Shown: in pieces, positions 11,984-25,199 of the stretch
Numbering within the stretch: position 1 is the stretch's first letter
Layout of the letters: each line of letters begins with the position of its first letter
DNA from: Chrysemys picta bellii
Taxonomy: Eukaryota
Assembly (NCBI RefSeq): GCF_011386835.1
Contig: NC_088800.1
Span: 38,750,001 to 38,814,000 of the forward strand
Length of the DNA stretch: 64,000 bases
Direction: 5' to 3'
Position numbers and translations under genes: made by a program
The notes under the pieces: model-generated
Told to the model about the DNA's origin: nothing
Database searches by the model: none
Seen by the model: the letters and a program-made list of their open reading frames with translations, nothing else

Positions 11984-12162
11984 GGGGGGTGGGATAGCTC
12001 AGTGGTTTGAGTATTGGCCTGTTAAACCCAGGGTTGTAAGTTCAATCCTTTAGGGGGCCACTTAGGGATCTGGGGCAAAATCAGTTCTGCTAGTGAAGGC
12101 AGGGGGCTGGACTCAATGACCTTTCAGGGTCCCTTCCAGTTCTATGAAATAGGTATATCTAA
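11984..12162 (+). mobile_element. tRNA-derived SINE with CR1-like 3' tail (tortoise Pol III/SINE type)
   Basis: Head GGGATAGCTCAGTGG...AGTTCAATCC and tail GGCTGGACTCAATGACCTTTCAGGGTCCCTTCCAGTTCT; absent from the paralogous site near 820. Confidence 0.85.
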
Positions 12163-15100
12163 CTCCATAGGTGCCTAAATTCACTCAGTAGAACCCAAGT
12201 TTTTACAGTATAAAGTTCCTTAGGTGCCCATGTTTCAGCCTCTGGGCACATGCACAGCTGCCTCCCTCTAGGAGTCTAGGCACCTATCTCCCACCTAAGC
12301 CCAGAGCAATCCATGAGGTTTGTTTTTCAAAGCCAAGAGAGGGCCTGTCCTGGGGGGAGAATCCATGTGAAACTGAGATTCCTGGGACAGGGACTTACAC
12401 ACTTCTCAGGGCAGCCAGGGCTGTGCATCACCCTAGTTGCCACCTGTCTCCATATGAGAGAGCCTTGCCTGTGTTAGCTCCCCAATGCAACCAGCCCCTC
12501 AGCCCCTACAGCATTCTTCTCTGGGCTAGCCCAGCCCTGTCTTTTGCCTTGCAGTTGACAAGCAATGCACCCCAGGCTTCAAGTCCCTTCAAAGTGTCCT
12601 GCTGTGGGGTTCAGCCCCGATCACTGGATACCCACTGATACCCAAAGGAACAGCGCACCCTTGTTTGCCAGTTTGGCTTTAGCTCACTGCTCTTGTATCA
12701 CACACAGCACTTCAGCTCAATTCTAAAGCAAAAGGAGATTAATTCTACAGTCTAGAAAAGTGTTGTCATCCCAGTTCCCTCCAGCATTTTCAGCCAAGCG
12801 TGGCTGTGACCCCTTTTTCATGATGCCAACTCTCTGTCAGTTTACTTCCTAGGCACTTGATGTCAAGGTGTCTTTTTGCCCTTCAAATATACCAGAATGC
12901 ACCTTTGATGTTTGCCTCTAGCTAGGGTTCCCTCTCCAATGTTGACTTCTTCCTGTTAGTTTCTTTCTGAAGTCTCTGCCAGCTTCTCATTAGCATTTGA
13001 CTTAGATGTTGTATGGCATATAATACACAATGGTCATCATGGAGATTAGCATCGCCCACCACACCTGTCTGCAGGACTTTGTCTCAAGACCCACTACCTT
13101 TGAGAGGCCTGCTTTATCTACATGGCCCACAGAGCCTAATTTTCAGTGCTCCTTGCATATTTCCCATACCTACATCTCACAATGGTTATGATGACCAGTG
13201 TGACCCGGGGTTTCATTAGAGAACTTACATGACATTCTCTTGGTGAACCCAGGGGGTCCCTGTGCCCCTGTGTCTCCCAGTGCCCTCTGCCAGTTGGCAT
13301 CATGAGGTTCTTGGGTCATGAGTACCCCTGCGGCAATCTAGTTGCCTGCATCAAGGGCAAGCTCCAAAAGCTAGTCCATATGAAGTTATTCAGGTTTATT
13401 TCTGGTTTGATGGAGCAACCAATGGGACTGCTGCGTGCCCTGCATAGAATGACAGTGTGCCCAGAGATAGACAGACACCTGTTCTCAACACCATACCTGT
13501 GGGGAGCCCATGGGATGGCATGCAACTGTTCCATTCCACTGCTGGCTCTTAATATGTATTTGTACCTACAGCACTAATAACTGATCAAGGCTTCACAGCC
13601 CTATACTAGTGCAAGGCAGCTCTCATGCTCCAGCATCTTAGAGCTAAGCTACCTGAGAGGTTACATCATGTTCCTCCTGGGAAAGCTAGGAATAAAACCC
13701 AGGTCACTCCAGATGACCTCAGTCACAGCCATGCTGCCGTCTGAAATGAATGCATGGAGGTAATGTGGTTGGTTACCCTTCCTGGGTTTGTAACTGGTCA
13801 CTAATTTTGACTTAGCCGCACTGAACCTCAGAGTCTCCTCCATGAAATGAGGACAGTAATGATTCCTGCTGTTTGTGTAGATACAGCCAACATCATTTGG
13901 GAGGGAGAGAAACAAGTTGAGTGCAGAAAAAGAAGGTGGATTTGAGGGATGTCAGGGCCTTGGAGCTTCCCAACTGGAGGACCCAGATTTTGGTGGAAGG
14001 GCTGGAATTGTGCCAGAGGCAGGGGAAATGTACCTACGGCATGGGGGCTGGATCTCCGCTAGTCAGAGAGGGGACAAGAACAGAGGGGCCATGGGAATAT
14101 GGGCTGAAAAGCATTGAGAGAAGTGGTCTGATGGTTGAGACGCCACCTTGGCATGCAAGAGACCAAGGTTAAGTTCCACACTGTGCCAAAGCCATCCTGG
14201 GCAATCTCATGTAATCATCCTGCGTGTTAGTCTTTTCCCTGCTTGTGTGAAAGGCAGTCAGCACTCCCCTACCACCCAGGGGTGCTGTTAGGGGCATTTT
14301 TATACTGTGTGCAAAGTGCTGACATTAATCAGCCCCCATCACTACCTTTATAGCTCAAAGTCCCTTCCAAGTCTAGGTGCACAGCAAGCCTACAAAGGCC
14401 ATTGCTCTGAGAGTGCTACATTTGGTTGAGGAAAAAGGGGCTGCTCCTTCCCCACTATCTTGCCCACCAGCTTCAATGCCCCACTACAGCATCATATGGC
14501 AGAGAGGCTGAATAACCACTGCTGCAGAGAACTAGTTCTGGGAACATACACCATGCTACTCCCCTATACCCTCCCTGGGCTTGCTGATAGCACATCTTGT
14601 GTGTGCAGCCCTGGGCGAGATCTGCTCCCCAGGCACTTATAGGAGAAAGGTTATTTGAACAAATGATGTCCTGTCACATAGCAGGGTGGGCTGTGTTCTC
14701 TACAGTGGTAGAGAGATCAAGATAGTAGAGCCCTTTAGACTTCAGTTTGAGCAGAGTTGCCCCAGGTGCATGATCAGTTTGGAGCAGGCCTCACTGATCT
14801 GCAGGTCATGGCCCAGAGCACAAGCAGAAACTGGAAGATTTTCTTAGACTGGGGTGGGCAAACAAAGGCCTGCAGGCCACATCTGGACCTTTTAATCCAG
14901 GCCTTGAGCGCTTGCCGGGGGCTTGCTCTGCCCACCCAGTGATCCCCACTCACAACTCCTCGATGAGCACCATCTGCCTGCCGTCACACTGCACAGGTGC
15001 AAGTGGTATTGCTTACCCAGACTTCACTGGGCTGTTTCCAGAATCAGAACCCTGCCCCTACATGACAGGGCACCCTGTCCCCACAGCACCAGCCTCCACC

Positions 15101-15332
15101 TAAACTGGCCAATGATCAAGACCAGCAGCATCACAGGATACCACCCTCTGGACTCTCACAACCGCCCAAGGGCCTCACCCATCCCAGCTAGGGGGCCTTG
15201 TACAGCCACTTTGGTGTCACTGCCAGCAGGGCCCCTAGGAGTCCCTGAGGAGGTGATTTCAGTCCATGGTGAGAAGAACTTGGTGAGCCTGCTCACCTTA
15301 CACACAAGGATCAGGGGGAAGTTACCCTAGAG

Positions 15333-15590
15333 CAGCAGTTCCCAAACTGTGGGTTAGGACCCCAAGTAGGTCATGACCTCATTTTAATGGGGTTGCTAGA
15401 GCTGTGGTAGACTGGCTGGGGCTGAAGCCACAGTCTGAGCCCTACTGCTCAGGGCCAAAGGCAAAGGGCTTCAGTCCCCCCCCCCCCCATCCCATCCCCA
15501 GGGCTGAAGCCTTAGGGTTTGACCCCTTGGGCTAGGACAGTAATTGTCATCAGAAGGGGGTTGTGGTACAATGAAGTTTGAGAACTACTG
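15333..15590. mobile_element. hAT (Charlie-like) MITE
   Basis: TIRs CAGCAGTTCCCAAACT / AGTTTGAGAACTACTG; 8-bp TSD CCCTAGAG/TCCTAGAG; empty site TCCTAGAG at about 8027-8034. Confidence 0.85.
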
Positions 15591-15986
15591 TCCTAGAGCA
15601 TCACCTAAAGCCAGTCATGGAGTCTGTTTCACTCAGAGTACACAGTGGCTGGGCAAAATGTGTGTTCTCTCTACTGCTAGAGCCCTGTAATGATTCCATC
15701 TGGACAATTCAGAAGGAGGGAAGTCCCCTGCTATTTGCTTATGAGAGATACCAGCCATTAGACTCTTGGAACCTGAAGGCAGGAAGCTCTGCTCTCTTCA
15801 CCCTCACATGATCTCTCCTTGTGGAGCCCATTGGGGTGTCCATGATGTGGTTGGTGCATCAACCACACCATTTCCTTCCCCACAGAAGGGAAGGCATCTC
15901 CCTTGCCCATTAAGAATAAGTCATGGACCAGACTCAATTTACTGAATTTATTTACATTAGACAGAAGGTACAAGGCAGGTGACTGC

Positions 15987-18900
15987 TCAGGCACTAGAAC
16001 GGCTGCATCTTCTGTATACAAGTATCCCCAGAGTAATGAAGGCCAGTGCAATGGCAGCTGCCATGGAGATCAGCCCAGCTATAGAAGAGAATCCTACAAG
16101 AGGAAGAACACATTATTAAAACTGCAAGTAATTGCTTTTCCAACTACCTTTCCAAAAATCCACCATGGACTTGCTGGATATGTTAGTGACAGGCACAGTT
16201 AATAAAGTTGGGGATTTTATTTGAGCTATATTGAAGGGTTGTTGTTTTTTTTGAAGTGGTTTTTAGCCATACCAACCGGGTAATGTTTACTAGAAGTGGC
16301 TAGAGTAGGAGATCAGCACCTGTTTATAAATCCCACTAGATAATAGGTTGCAGGTCTCCTGCCACAACTGGTGTCCCAGCAGATAAGCCCAGGCTGCAAT
16401 GGGTGACAGTCCTATGTTTGGCTGGCTCTGGTTGGACCATTTCAATGAGGAGCCCTCCTTGAGTCTTGTTGACTCATTACACTCACTCTCGGATTCTTAC
16501 AGCTGACTTTGCAAGACCCATTTCTTCCATCCTTTAGATCAGCTTTTCCAAGCCAACCTAATGTAGATTAATAAGTGACAAGAGGCACCATGTGACTTGT
16601 TCTTCACTAGAACTAGTTACCCTCTGAGGTGGCCTTCTCTGCTTCCATTTGATCAGTTGAGACATCCCTGGATCCTCGATAAGCATCAAAGATGACTAGG
16701 GGTCCTACCACAACATCAGCTTCCCTCACCAAGGGGTCACCTGTATTGGTGAGAGAAGCACTACTAGAGAACCAATACATGTCAGGTTAGTCTCATCCAT
16801 CCCATTTTGGATGGAAGATCCCCTAGGAACAGTCTGTTGAAGTAAGCCAGACATCTTCCCAAGTGAAGTGGGACAGAACCTACCATGCCTGGAGGCCACA
16901 TCTCTCTGGAAGCGCCTCCCTGGCCATCTGTCCAGAGGTCTGACTCTCCCAGACTGTCCAGCCAGCCCACAGTTCCCAGTCTCACAGCACCTGCAGATGT
17001 CTCTGGTGCCTTCCACTGGAGACCAGCTGCAACAGAACAGGAACAATCTACAGTGAAGTGTTCTGTTCTAGGCTGCCCATCACTCCCCCGGTGGGGTTCT
17101 AGTCTACTCACATGTTGCCTGCTTTGTTGAAGGAACAAGCCTTGAACAAGGCATCTGGGGCTTGCTCAGCTGCAGTGACTTTCAGATGGCAGGTGATGTA
17201 GATCTGGAGGGGAAGTGGGAAGAGGGGTTAGGACCATCCCAGGGGACACCAACACCTACTTAGCTGGGGGGGGGGGAGAAGAGGGGGAAAACCGACTTGG
17301 AGCAGAAATATGGAGCTCACCAAGTTCCTAGCATCTCCTGCAAACCTGAACACATCCACCATGAACTGCAGTGTGTCCTGCCTGGGCCTGGGGGATATGA
17401 AGGCTGAGGTGGTGTCATCTGATCTCCCATCCACCAGGCATCTAGACAGAAGAACCAAGAGTCAGTGAGAGTCCCTGATCAGTCTTGTTTTAGACTAGAA
17501 AGGGCTCCCAGCTCTTACCCATTGAAGTCAATGACAGCATAGCGGGGAGAGGAGTCCCTGTCTGGGGTCAGGGTGGCCACACAGCTGTCCACAAAGAGCC
17601 TCAAAGCCACATGGTTCCCAGTGCTGACATCAGCTTGGATATGCATGACCTCCCCCAGCTGGAATCCATTGGAGGGTCTCTCAGCACTCCAGTCATCTGC
17701 AAGGCAAGCTCACAGTGAGCAGGACAGACAGGCAAGCAGGGTGGGGCTCCCCTGAGGTCTCCTCCCACCCACCTACCATTCATCAGGCGCAGGGAGAAAC
17801 CCAGCCTCTCCTCAGCAGACAGGGTAGAGCTGAAGGGAACCCACGTTGGCTTGATGGCTTTGCTGCTCACATTGTCCTTCCTGTGAGAGGAGCAAACCTC
17901 AGTCACTGAGCCACATCCCACAACAGGGTCTGAATGGGAGGGAGGGGACCTGAGCATCTCAGACACTCACCTGGGGTAGTGACACTCAATGGGAATCACA
18001 GCTGGATTCGTTCTCAGGATCACTGGGTTGCTGGCAGGGGTGGGGTTATAGTTCAGGCTTGTGCTGTAAACCAGGGAGTCTGGGGTCATCTGGAAGGAGG
18101 GGGACATTGGACAGATTAAGGGGAAGTAGTTAATATTGAGCTTAACAGCTCTCAGCTGAAGACAGTTCTCTAGTCCACAGGAAGTGGGCATGTCTTTCAA
18201 TAAGTGGTTCCTGCGCTCATTCTGCTGGAGCAGCCATCAGAATACTGGAGCTACCATAGTGACCTCTTCTGCATGACTCTGCTGACTGTGGCACTTGCCT
18301 TAGAATAGGCACAGAGGAAACCAGAGTAACCCCCAAGTACAACATACTCACACCACTACTCAAATTGAGCTACCAGAGTACAGAAACACATTCAGCTGCC
18401 CCCTTCCTGTCTACTGTCTTTGCAGAGCTCAGAGATTTCAGGGTGCCAGACTCCATTTTACTGGCAGTAAAATTCCCTGGCTTGGACTAGGCACAAGTGT
18501 CCAGTGGTGAAATCTGACAAAACCACCACAGCTCCCTCCCCCCGCATGCTCTTAAGCCTGCTTTTGGAACACATGAAATAATTCAACTATAAGGAGACTG
18601 ACGACTAAGAAACAGACCCCCCCAAAAAATAGCCAGTTGGTCAGTAACTGAGCCAAGGCCCTGCACAGTACTGTTACCCTTCTTAAGCCACACAAATAGG
18701 AAGCTCCTGGCTTATATGAAGCGGCCTTACCTGCAAGGTGCTGCCACATTCATGGAGCCCAGCTGCAAAGGTCACTGTGTTCTCTGCAGCATTAAGGGAC
18801 GTGTACTGGCAGGCAGCTGGGCCAAGGCTCAGGTCAGCAGCTTTGATCAGTTGCCCTGTCCCAAACAGATCCCTGTGCACAGTGATCACCAGCTGAGCCT

Positions 18901-19144
18901 CCTCACACTGCACCGTGACAGGCTGCCGCAAGGACACAGCCCTGAGCTGGGAAGAATCAACTCGAGCCCAGGGGTAGGGCTGGGCAAGAGAGGGCACATG
19001 GGCTCTTCTGCGAGGGGGCTCAGTCCTGGGGGATGGTCTCCAGATGGCTGAGTCTCTCCTAGAGAAATCCCAGGGATTGTAACCAGTCACCCCACTGACC
19101 ACCCAGCACAGGAGAGCAAAGCCCAGGCTGCCTCTATATCCCAT
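15987..19144 (-). CDS. ZP3: ZP3 paralog C, complete, 9 exons, 465 aa
   Basis: Exons 18731-19144, 17971-18089, 17777-17880, 17519-17696, 17321-17441, 17112-17203, 16884-17026, 16621-16740, 15987-16093 (total 1398 nt, in frame, GT-AG). Exon 8 is 6 nt shorter than in B. Confidence 0.96.
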
Positions 19145-19189
19145 CCTGCCTGCCTGCAGCAAACCCAGCATGGAGAGAAACTGCTGCTC

Positions 19190-19365
19190 TGGGCCCTTTA
19201 TACCCTGCAGCTAAAGCCAGCTCACAGCTGCCCCAGGTAATTATCACCCTCCCCTAGCCTGCAGGCAGCTGGAGCTCAATCACATCCACCACCCATCACT
19301 GGAGCAAGGAAATGGGAGGACCAATGGGAATCAGCCCCACCTGTTGGTCAGTTCATCAGTTGTAT
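19190..19365 (-). promoter_or_regulatory. ZP3-C proximal promoter (TATAAA 19197-19202, CACCTG 19338-19343)
   Basis: Conserved with the other paralogs. Confidence 0.7.
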
Positions 19366-19584
19366 TCTAGGCGATTCTTGTGATGTTTCATTCAATTAAA
19401 GGCTGAAACATTTTGATGTGGATGTGAAATATCGGCTGTGCAGAGTCTGCAGTGCTGATGCTCAATGCCAAAGGGGATTTTTACCATGGAGCAGTGATAG
19501 CTGCATCATGGTTAAGTTTGTAACACAATCTCTGTTTAAATTCTTGGTCTCTGAATTTTGCCTCTTATCTGAACTTGGTTGGGT

Positions 19585-19760
19585 TATCTGCTCGGCGACC
19601 CGTCAGGTTCCCTTCGTTTGACCTTTTCACCTCACTCCTATCCCTGTTATCTCATTAGTTGTCCCCTGGAATCATTTGGCTTCCAGGTCCTGTGGATCCC
19701 CCCCTCAGGCTGGGAGGAGGTCCTTTAGGAGTGGGCAGGCTTCCTGGATCCCAATAGGAT
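19585..19760 (+). mobile_element. Short 3' fragment of a Tx1-like element
   Basis: Aligns by eye to 4185-4315 (CTGCTCGG...TCAGGTTCCCTTC...GGATCC...AGGCTG). Confidence 0.6.
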
Positions 19761-21093
19761 CTGAACTTGGCCTAGATAGTCAGATCAGCTCCCAAACTGG
19801 CATTCTAGTTCAGTGGCTGAGATGCATTTTGGGATGCAAACTTGAGTTCATTTGACCAAAGGGTTTTCCAGCTACAGCTCTCCCAAGTGGCCTGGTTTTA
19901 AATGTTGAGTATCCTGTTTGAACAGCCTTTTCATGATATTTTTGCACTGCTAGGAAATGATTGGGGTGGGATCCATGTGAAATGGAGATTGTTGGGCTAC
20001 CCCTGCTGAGGGCTAATGTCCAGTCCGAAGAACAAGTTCCAAAACTTAGCCTATCCAAAATCATTCTGTTTTGTTTCTGGTCCTGCGGAAGGGCCCAGGG
20101 GTTTTCTGTGAGCCCCGCAGGCCGTGCCCGTATACACAGATAAACCCAGGACTCCTCTTTCAACCAGGGGACAGTGCACAGGGCTGGGAACCATGACCCA
20201 ACTCCTCAAAGGTAGTTAGGCTCAATGGAACTTAGGAGCCTAAATACCTTGGAAGAACTGGGCCCAGGAGACTGTAAATTCAAGAGTTGTTGCTTCCAGT
20301 GATGGCTGTTCATATTTATGTGTATTTATACTTGACTGTAGCTTCCTCTGCATGCACTAGGGGAGACAGGTCTCATTCTCCCCTATTTTACAGGTAAGGT
20401 CACCAAGAGGCTGCACAATGGTCCTCTTGGGAAAGGTCACATTAAAATCTAGGTCATTAATATGGCAGACATGAGTGTCATCCACTGAGCCAGGCTGTTT
20501 GTTGAAGCAAACATCTGAAGCATGTGTTTGGTTGTTCTGACAGTAGCCACAGCTCTAACCACTAGAAAACACTTCCATTCCCAACACAGGCACAGAACCA
20601 GGCAGCCTGAATCTACTGCTGTCTAACAAACCATTGAACAGTCCACTTACACAGTGGATTAGCTGATTGGGCAGAGGGCCATGGGCTGGTTCTAAAGGGC
20701 TTGCATTAAAGTGGATGCCGATCACGGTTGGGCATTTTATGGTTCCACATGATGGAATTTCGCTGTGGCCAGTTTCATGAAGGCCACAGCTAAATTTCTC
20801 TTTAAAACCAAATTTTGCTTCTTTTTTTTTCTCCAAAATCACTTACATGGGACTTTAGGTAAGTGGCCACTAATTTTGGTCCTTTGTCACCATGCCTTAG
20901 TTCCTCTGTGTGAGATGGGGATGATTACACCCCCCCTCCTTAACTTCAGTTTTGGGTAGATAAATGCAGTCATGTTTAGGAGGCAGAGTGGAGGGATGTC
21001 AGGGGCTGGGAGCTGTCTAGAGTGGAACATAGGGCTGTGTTGAAAGCATAAGGAATGGTGAGAAGGTTAAAGTTGTCCTGGAGGCAACTGAGC

Positions 21094-21229
21094 AGTGGGC
21101 TGTAGCCCACAAAAGCTTATGCTCAAATAAATTTGTTAGTCTCTAAGGTGCCACAAATACTCCTGGTCTTTTTGCGGATACAGACTAACACGGCTGCTAC
21201 TCTGAAACCTGAGCAGTCAGTATCTCGGC
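21094..21229 (+). mobile_element. Penelope-like element terminal (pLTR) fragment
   Basis: GTGGGCTGTAGCCCAC...GTTAGTCTCTAAGGTGCCAC...GCTACTCTGAAAC matches the end of the Penelope at 22671. Confidence 0.8.
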
Positions 21230-22089
21230 AGCACCGGGTGTGGGAAGGCTGGGAGAACAGAGGGGCTGTCAGGAATATGGTCAGGGGATAGAGCCAGCTC
21301 TGCTCTTTTGAGGGCAGTGTGTGCACAGAACCCTGCTCATGACCTTCAGCAGGGTAGTTGGGTGTTCTTGTGGTTGAAGCACTGGCTTTGGACTCACCAG
21401 CTGATGGTTAAATTCCTGGTTCTACCACCATATTCTTGGGTGACCACAACAACGTCACAGCCTCTCTATGCCTCAGTTTCCACAGCTGTAAGCTAGGGAT
21501 AAAATTTCTTCCCCCCATCTTGTGTCAGCAGAGGCACTGACTCTGTGGGTGCTCTGGGGCTAGAACACCCACAGGAAAAAAATGGTGGGGGCTAAGCACT
21601 TAGTGCCTCCTGCCCACCAGCACACCCCATGGATCAGTGCCTCTGCCTCCCACCCGACACCTCCCATGAACAGCTGTTCTGCAGCATGCAGGAGGGAGGT
21701 GTGAGAATGCAGCATGCTCAGGGAAAGGGGTGGAACTGGGCAGGAAGAGGCAGGGCGGGTGTGAAGCAGGGGTGGGTATGGGGCCTTGGGGGAAGGGGTA
21801 GAATGGCATCAAGTATCCCCTAGCACCTTGGAAAGTTGGTGCCTGTGTATGTCAGGATATCTTCCCTCATGTTAGTGAGATACCCTGGTAGCATGGCAAT
21901 AGGGAACAGCATAAAAACCACCTCCAGTTTTAAGTTCACTGGAGCTTCAGTGCTGTAAAGCACCAGTGTAGACCGTGCACCAGCACTGGTAGCTTCACCC
22001 CTTGTGCAGGTGATTTGGAGCACTGGGAGAGCTCTGCCATTAAAGCACTGCCAGTGTAGACTAGACACTTGGCAGCCTCTTGAGACTCA

Positions 22090-22378
22090 GGCTATGTCTT
22101 CACTTCCCGCCTGAATCGGCGGGTAGAACTCAATCTCTCGGAGATCGAATTATCCCATCTCATTGGGACGTGACAATCAATCCCCAAATCGACACTTGTA
22201 CTCCACCAGCGGAGGTAGGAATAAGTGCCGTCGATGGGGGAGCCGTGGAGGTCGATTTGCCACCGTCCTCAGAGCGGGGTAAGTTGCCTAGGATACGTCG
22301 AACTCAGCTACGCTATTCGCGTAGCTGAATTTGCGTATCTTAAATCAACCTCCCCCCCCCCGTAGTGAGGACGTAGCC
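22090..22378. mobile_element. PIF/Harbinger MITE
   Basis: TIRs GGCTATGTCTTCACT / AGTGAGGACGTAGCC; TSD TCA/TAA; shares the CAGCTACG...CGTAGCTG hairpin with 4319-4603. Confidence 0.8.
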
Positions 22379-22670
22379 TAAGGGCAATAGCCTTGTGTAG
22401 TGAAAGCCTCATCAGCTCCAGGCCAAAGGCAGTGGTGTTAATCTTGATGTAAGGACCCCACATGACAGCAGCCCTTGCTCAGCTTTACCAATGATTCATC
22501 ACTCACCCCAGTAAGAGACCGTGCGTCTGCCCAGTGTGAATTTGGTTAGTTCCCCTCCCAGCCCTTGGATCTAGTTATGCCTTTGCCTGGCAGATTACAT
22601 GATTTGTGTCCGCTATCTCCTCCCCCTCTTGGGCCAAATCAGTCTTCTCAATTGCCCTAGTTTATGGAAG

Positions 22671-23680
22671 GTTTCAGAGTAGCAGCCGTGTTAGTCTGTA
22701 TCCGCAAAAAGAAGAACAGGAGGACTTGTGGCACCTTAGAGACTAACAAATTTATTAGAGCATAAGCTTTCGTGGACTATAGCCCACTTCTTCGGATGCA
22801 TATAGAATGGAACATATATTGAGGAGATATATATACACACATACAGAGAGCATAAACAGGTGGGAGTTGTCTTACCACCTCTGAGAGGCCAATTAATTAA
22901 GAGAAAAAAACTTGTGAAGTGATAATCAAGCTAGCCCAGCACAGACAGACAGTTAGATAACAAGTGTGAGAATACTTACAAGGGGAGATAGATTTCAATG
23001 TTTGTAATGGCCCAACCATTCCCAGTCCTTATTTAAACCGGAGTTGATTGTGTCTAGTTTGCATATCAATTCTAGCTCAGCAGTTTCTCGTTGGAGTCTG
23101 TTTTTGAAGTTTTTCTGTTGTAATATAGCCACCCGCAGGTCTGTCACTGAATGACCAGACAGGTTAAAGTGTTCTCCCACTGGTTTTTGAGTATTTTGAT
23201 TCCTGATGTCAGATTTGTGTCCATTAATTCTTTTGCGTAGAGACTGTCCGGTTTGGCCAATGTACATGGCAGAGGGGCATTGCTGGCACATGATGGCATA
23301 TATCACATTGGTAGATGTGCAGGTGAACGAGCCCCTGATGGTATGGCTGATGTGATTAGGTCCTATGATGATGTCACTGGAATAGATATGTGGACAGAGT
23401 TGACATCGGGGTTTGTTACAAGGATAGGTTCCTGGGTTAGTGGTTTTGTTCAGTGATGTGTGGTTGCTGGTGAGTATTTGCTTTAGGTTGGGGGGTTGTC
23501 TGTAAGCGAGGACAGGTCTGTCTCCCAAGATCTGTGAGAGTAAAGGATCATCTTTCAGGATAGGTTGTAGATCTCTGATGATGCGCTGGAGAGGTTTTAG
23601 TTGGGGGCTGAAGGTGACAGCTAGTGGTGTTCTGTTATTTTCTTTGTTGGGCCTGTCTTGTAGGAGGTGACTTCTGGGTA
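22671..23680 (-). mobile_element. Penelope-like retroelement, 5'-truncated, with intact GIY-YIG endonuclease frame
   Basis: ORF 22995-23735 contains VIYAIMCQQCPSAMYIGQTGQSLRKRINGH; perfect 14-bp TSD CTAGTTTATGGAAG at 22657-22670 and 23681-23694. Confidence 0.93.
22760..22799 (-). ncRNA. Candidate minimal type I hammerhead ribozyme in the Penelope pLTR
   Basis: GCAT-CCGAAGA-A-GTGGGC-TATA-GTCCAC-GAAA-GCTT-ATGC: 4-bp stem I, 6-bp stem II, palindromic AAGCTT helix III; the core has C at position 4. Confidence 0.55.
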
Positions 23681-25199
23681 CTAGTTTATGGAAGAACTCC
23701 ACCCTTTGCACACACCACCACATTTGCTGCTTCACTAACTTAAGATTGTAGTGTAGACAGCCTAAGTGGACCTATGTTAGGTCAACTTACAGCCACTGCA
23801 TTAAATTACCACTGTGGCCGCTGTTCATGTTATCCTCCTCCTGTTGGTGGTACATGTCCTCACCAGGATCACTTTTACCAACTGGAGAGGGGCCCACCTG
23901 GGGGACAGAGCCAGGGCTTCTCACCTCTGTGCTCCCAGCCAGGGGAAGGTGGCTGCCTGGGGCTTCTTGAAGAGAGATCCACACTTGGAGTCGAGCTGGC
24001 TGCCACGCTCCTAACAGGGACTCTGGGGGGCTGTAGGGCTCCCAGTGGGGAGCCCAGGTAGCAGCCGAAGCCAGGATGGCAGCCTGGCTTGGTGTGGAGA
24101 CCTGGCAGCAGCCAGGCTGGGGAAACTGGCTTTCTTGTTAATTGCATGACTTCAGTGGAGCCATGAAATTGACAAGAATGACAGTCAGCTGATGCAAGGA
24201 ACGGTATCTACATTGTCACTCCATCACCCTAACTACACTGACAGAAGCACTATACCACTCATTGAGGTGGTTTATTATGTTGCCATTGCAGGGGAGTTAC
24301 ATTGGCAGGAAGAACAAGTCTGCAAAAGCTGATTTTTTGTCAACAAAACTGTTCGATGTAGACAAGGCCATAGTGTTCCCCACAGCAGCACAGCTCTATG
24401 AAGAGGTTTAGGAGGCACACAGGCTTATTTCCTATTCCACATCTCCCCAATAGGAACACACCTCATAGCTGCTGGTATCCTTCACCCCAACATTACTGGG
24501 GCCATCAGTGTTCCTGCTCTCTATGCACCCACTTAGGGCCAGCTCTGTCCCCTGCATTGGCAGTTTTCACTGTAACATGACTTTCCAACCTACAGAGGTC
24601 ATCAGAGCACAGCTGCAGAGTCCCTTCCCCACAATGTAAGGGATGTCAAGCAGCAGAGTTTTCTGATCAATCCAGATAGAGTGCAGGAGGTTGTTTAAGT
24701 GATGTTTGCTAGGACACTGTATAAACAAGGCAAGCCCTACTGAACCACCCCAGGGCCAGGATTATGACTAATGCCTGGCCACTGTAGTTACACCAGGGAT
24801 GAGTTTGGTCCATTGGTAGCTGTTCTCATTAGCAATAGCCTCCATGCTACACTAGACTTTACAAGGTGTCAATTCTAGCTGGTGGAGGTTTATCTGCACT
24901 AGTCTGATCTTGCCAACTTCAAAATAAAATTGTTTAGTGGGGTACTGTGAGGTGCTAGTTACCCACAGTGATACCTTGTTACATAGTGAGGCAGTGAGCC
25001 CCTCCCATCCCATAGCTACACTATTTTTAGCATGGGTATCTCCCCTCAAGATGGAATTTACATCTTGATATCTAGGATAGGCATGATGTTAGATCGGTTC
25101 TCAGCACTCTGGCTGTTGCCACTGGTGACTCAGCCTTCTGCAAACAGGCCAGTGCTGAGGGAGTCATGACTGGGAGACTGGTTTTGGCTACAGGTGGCA

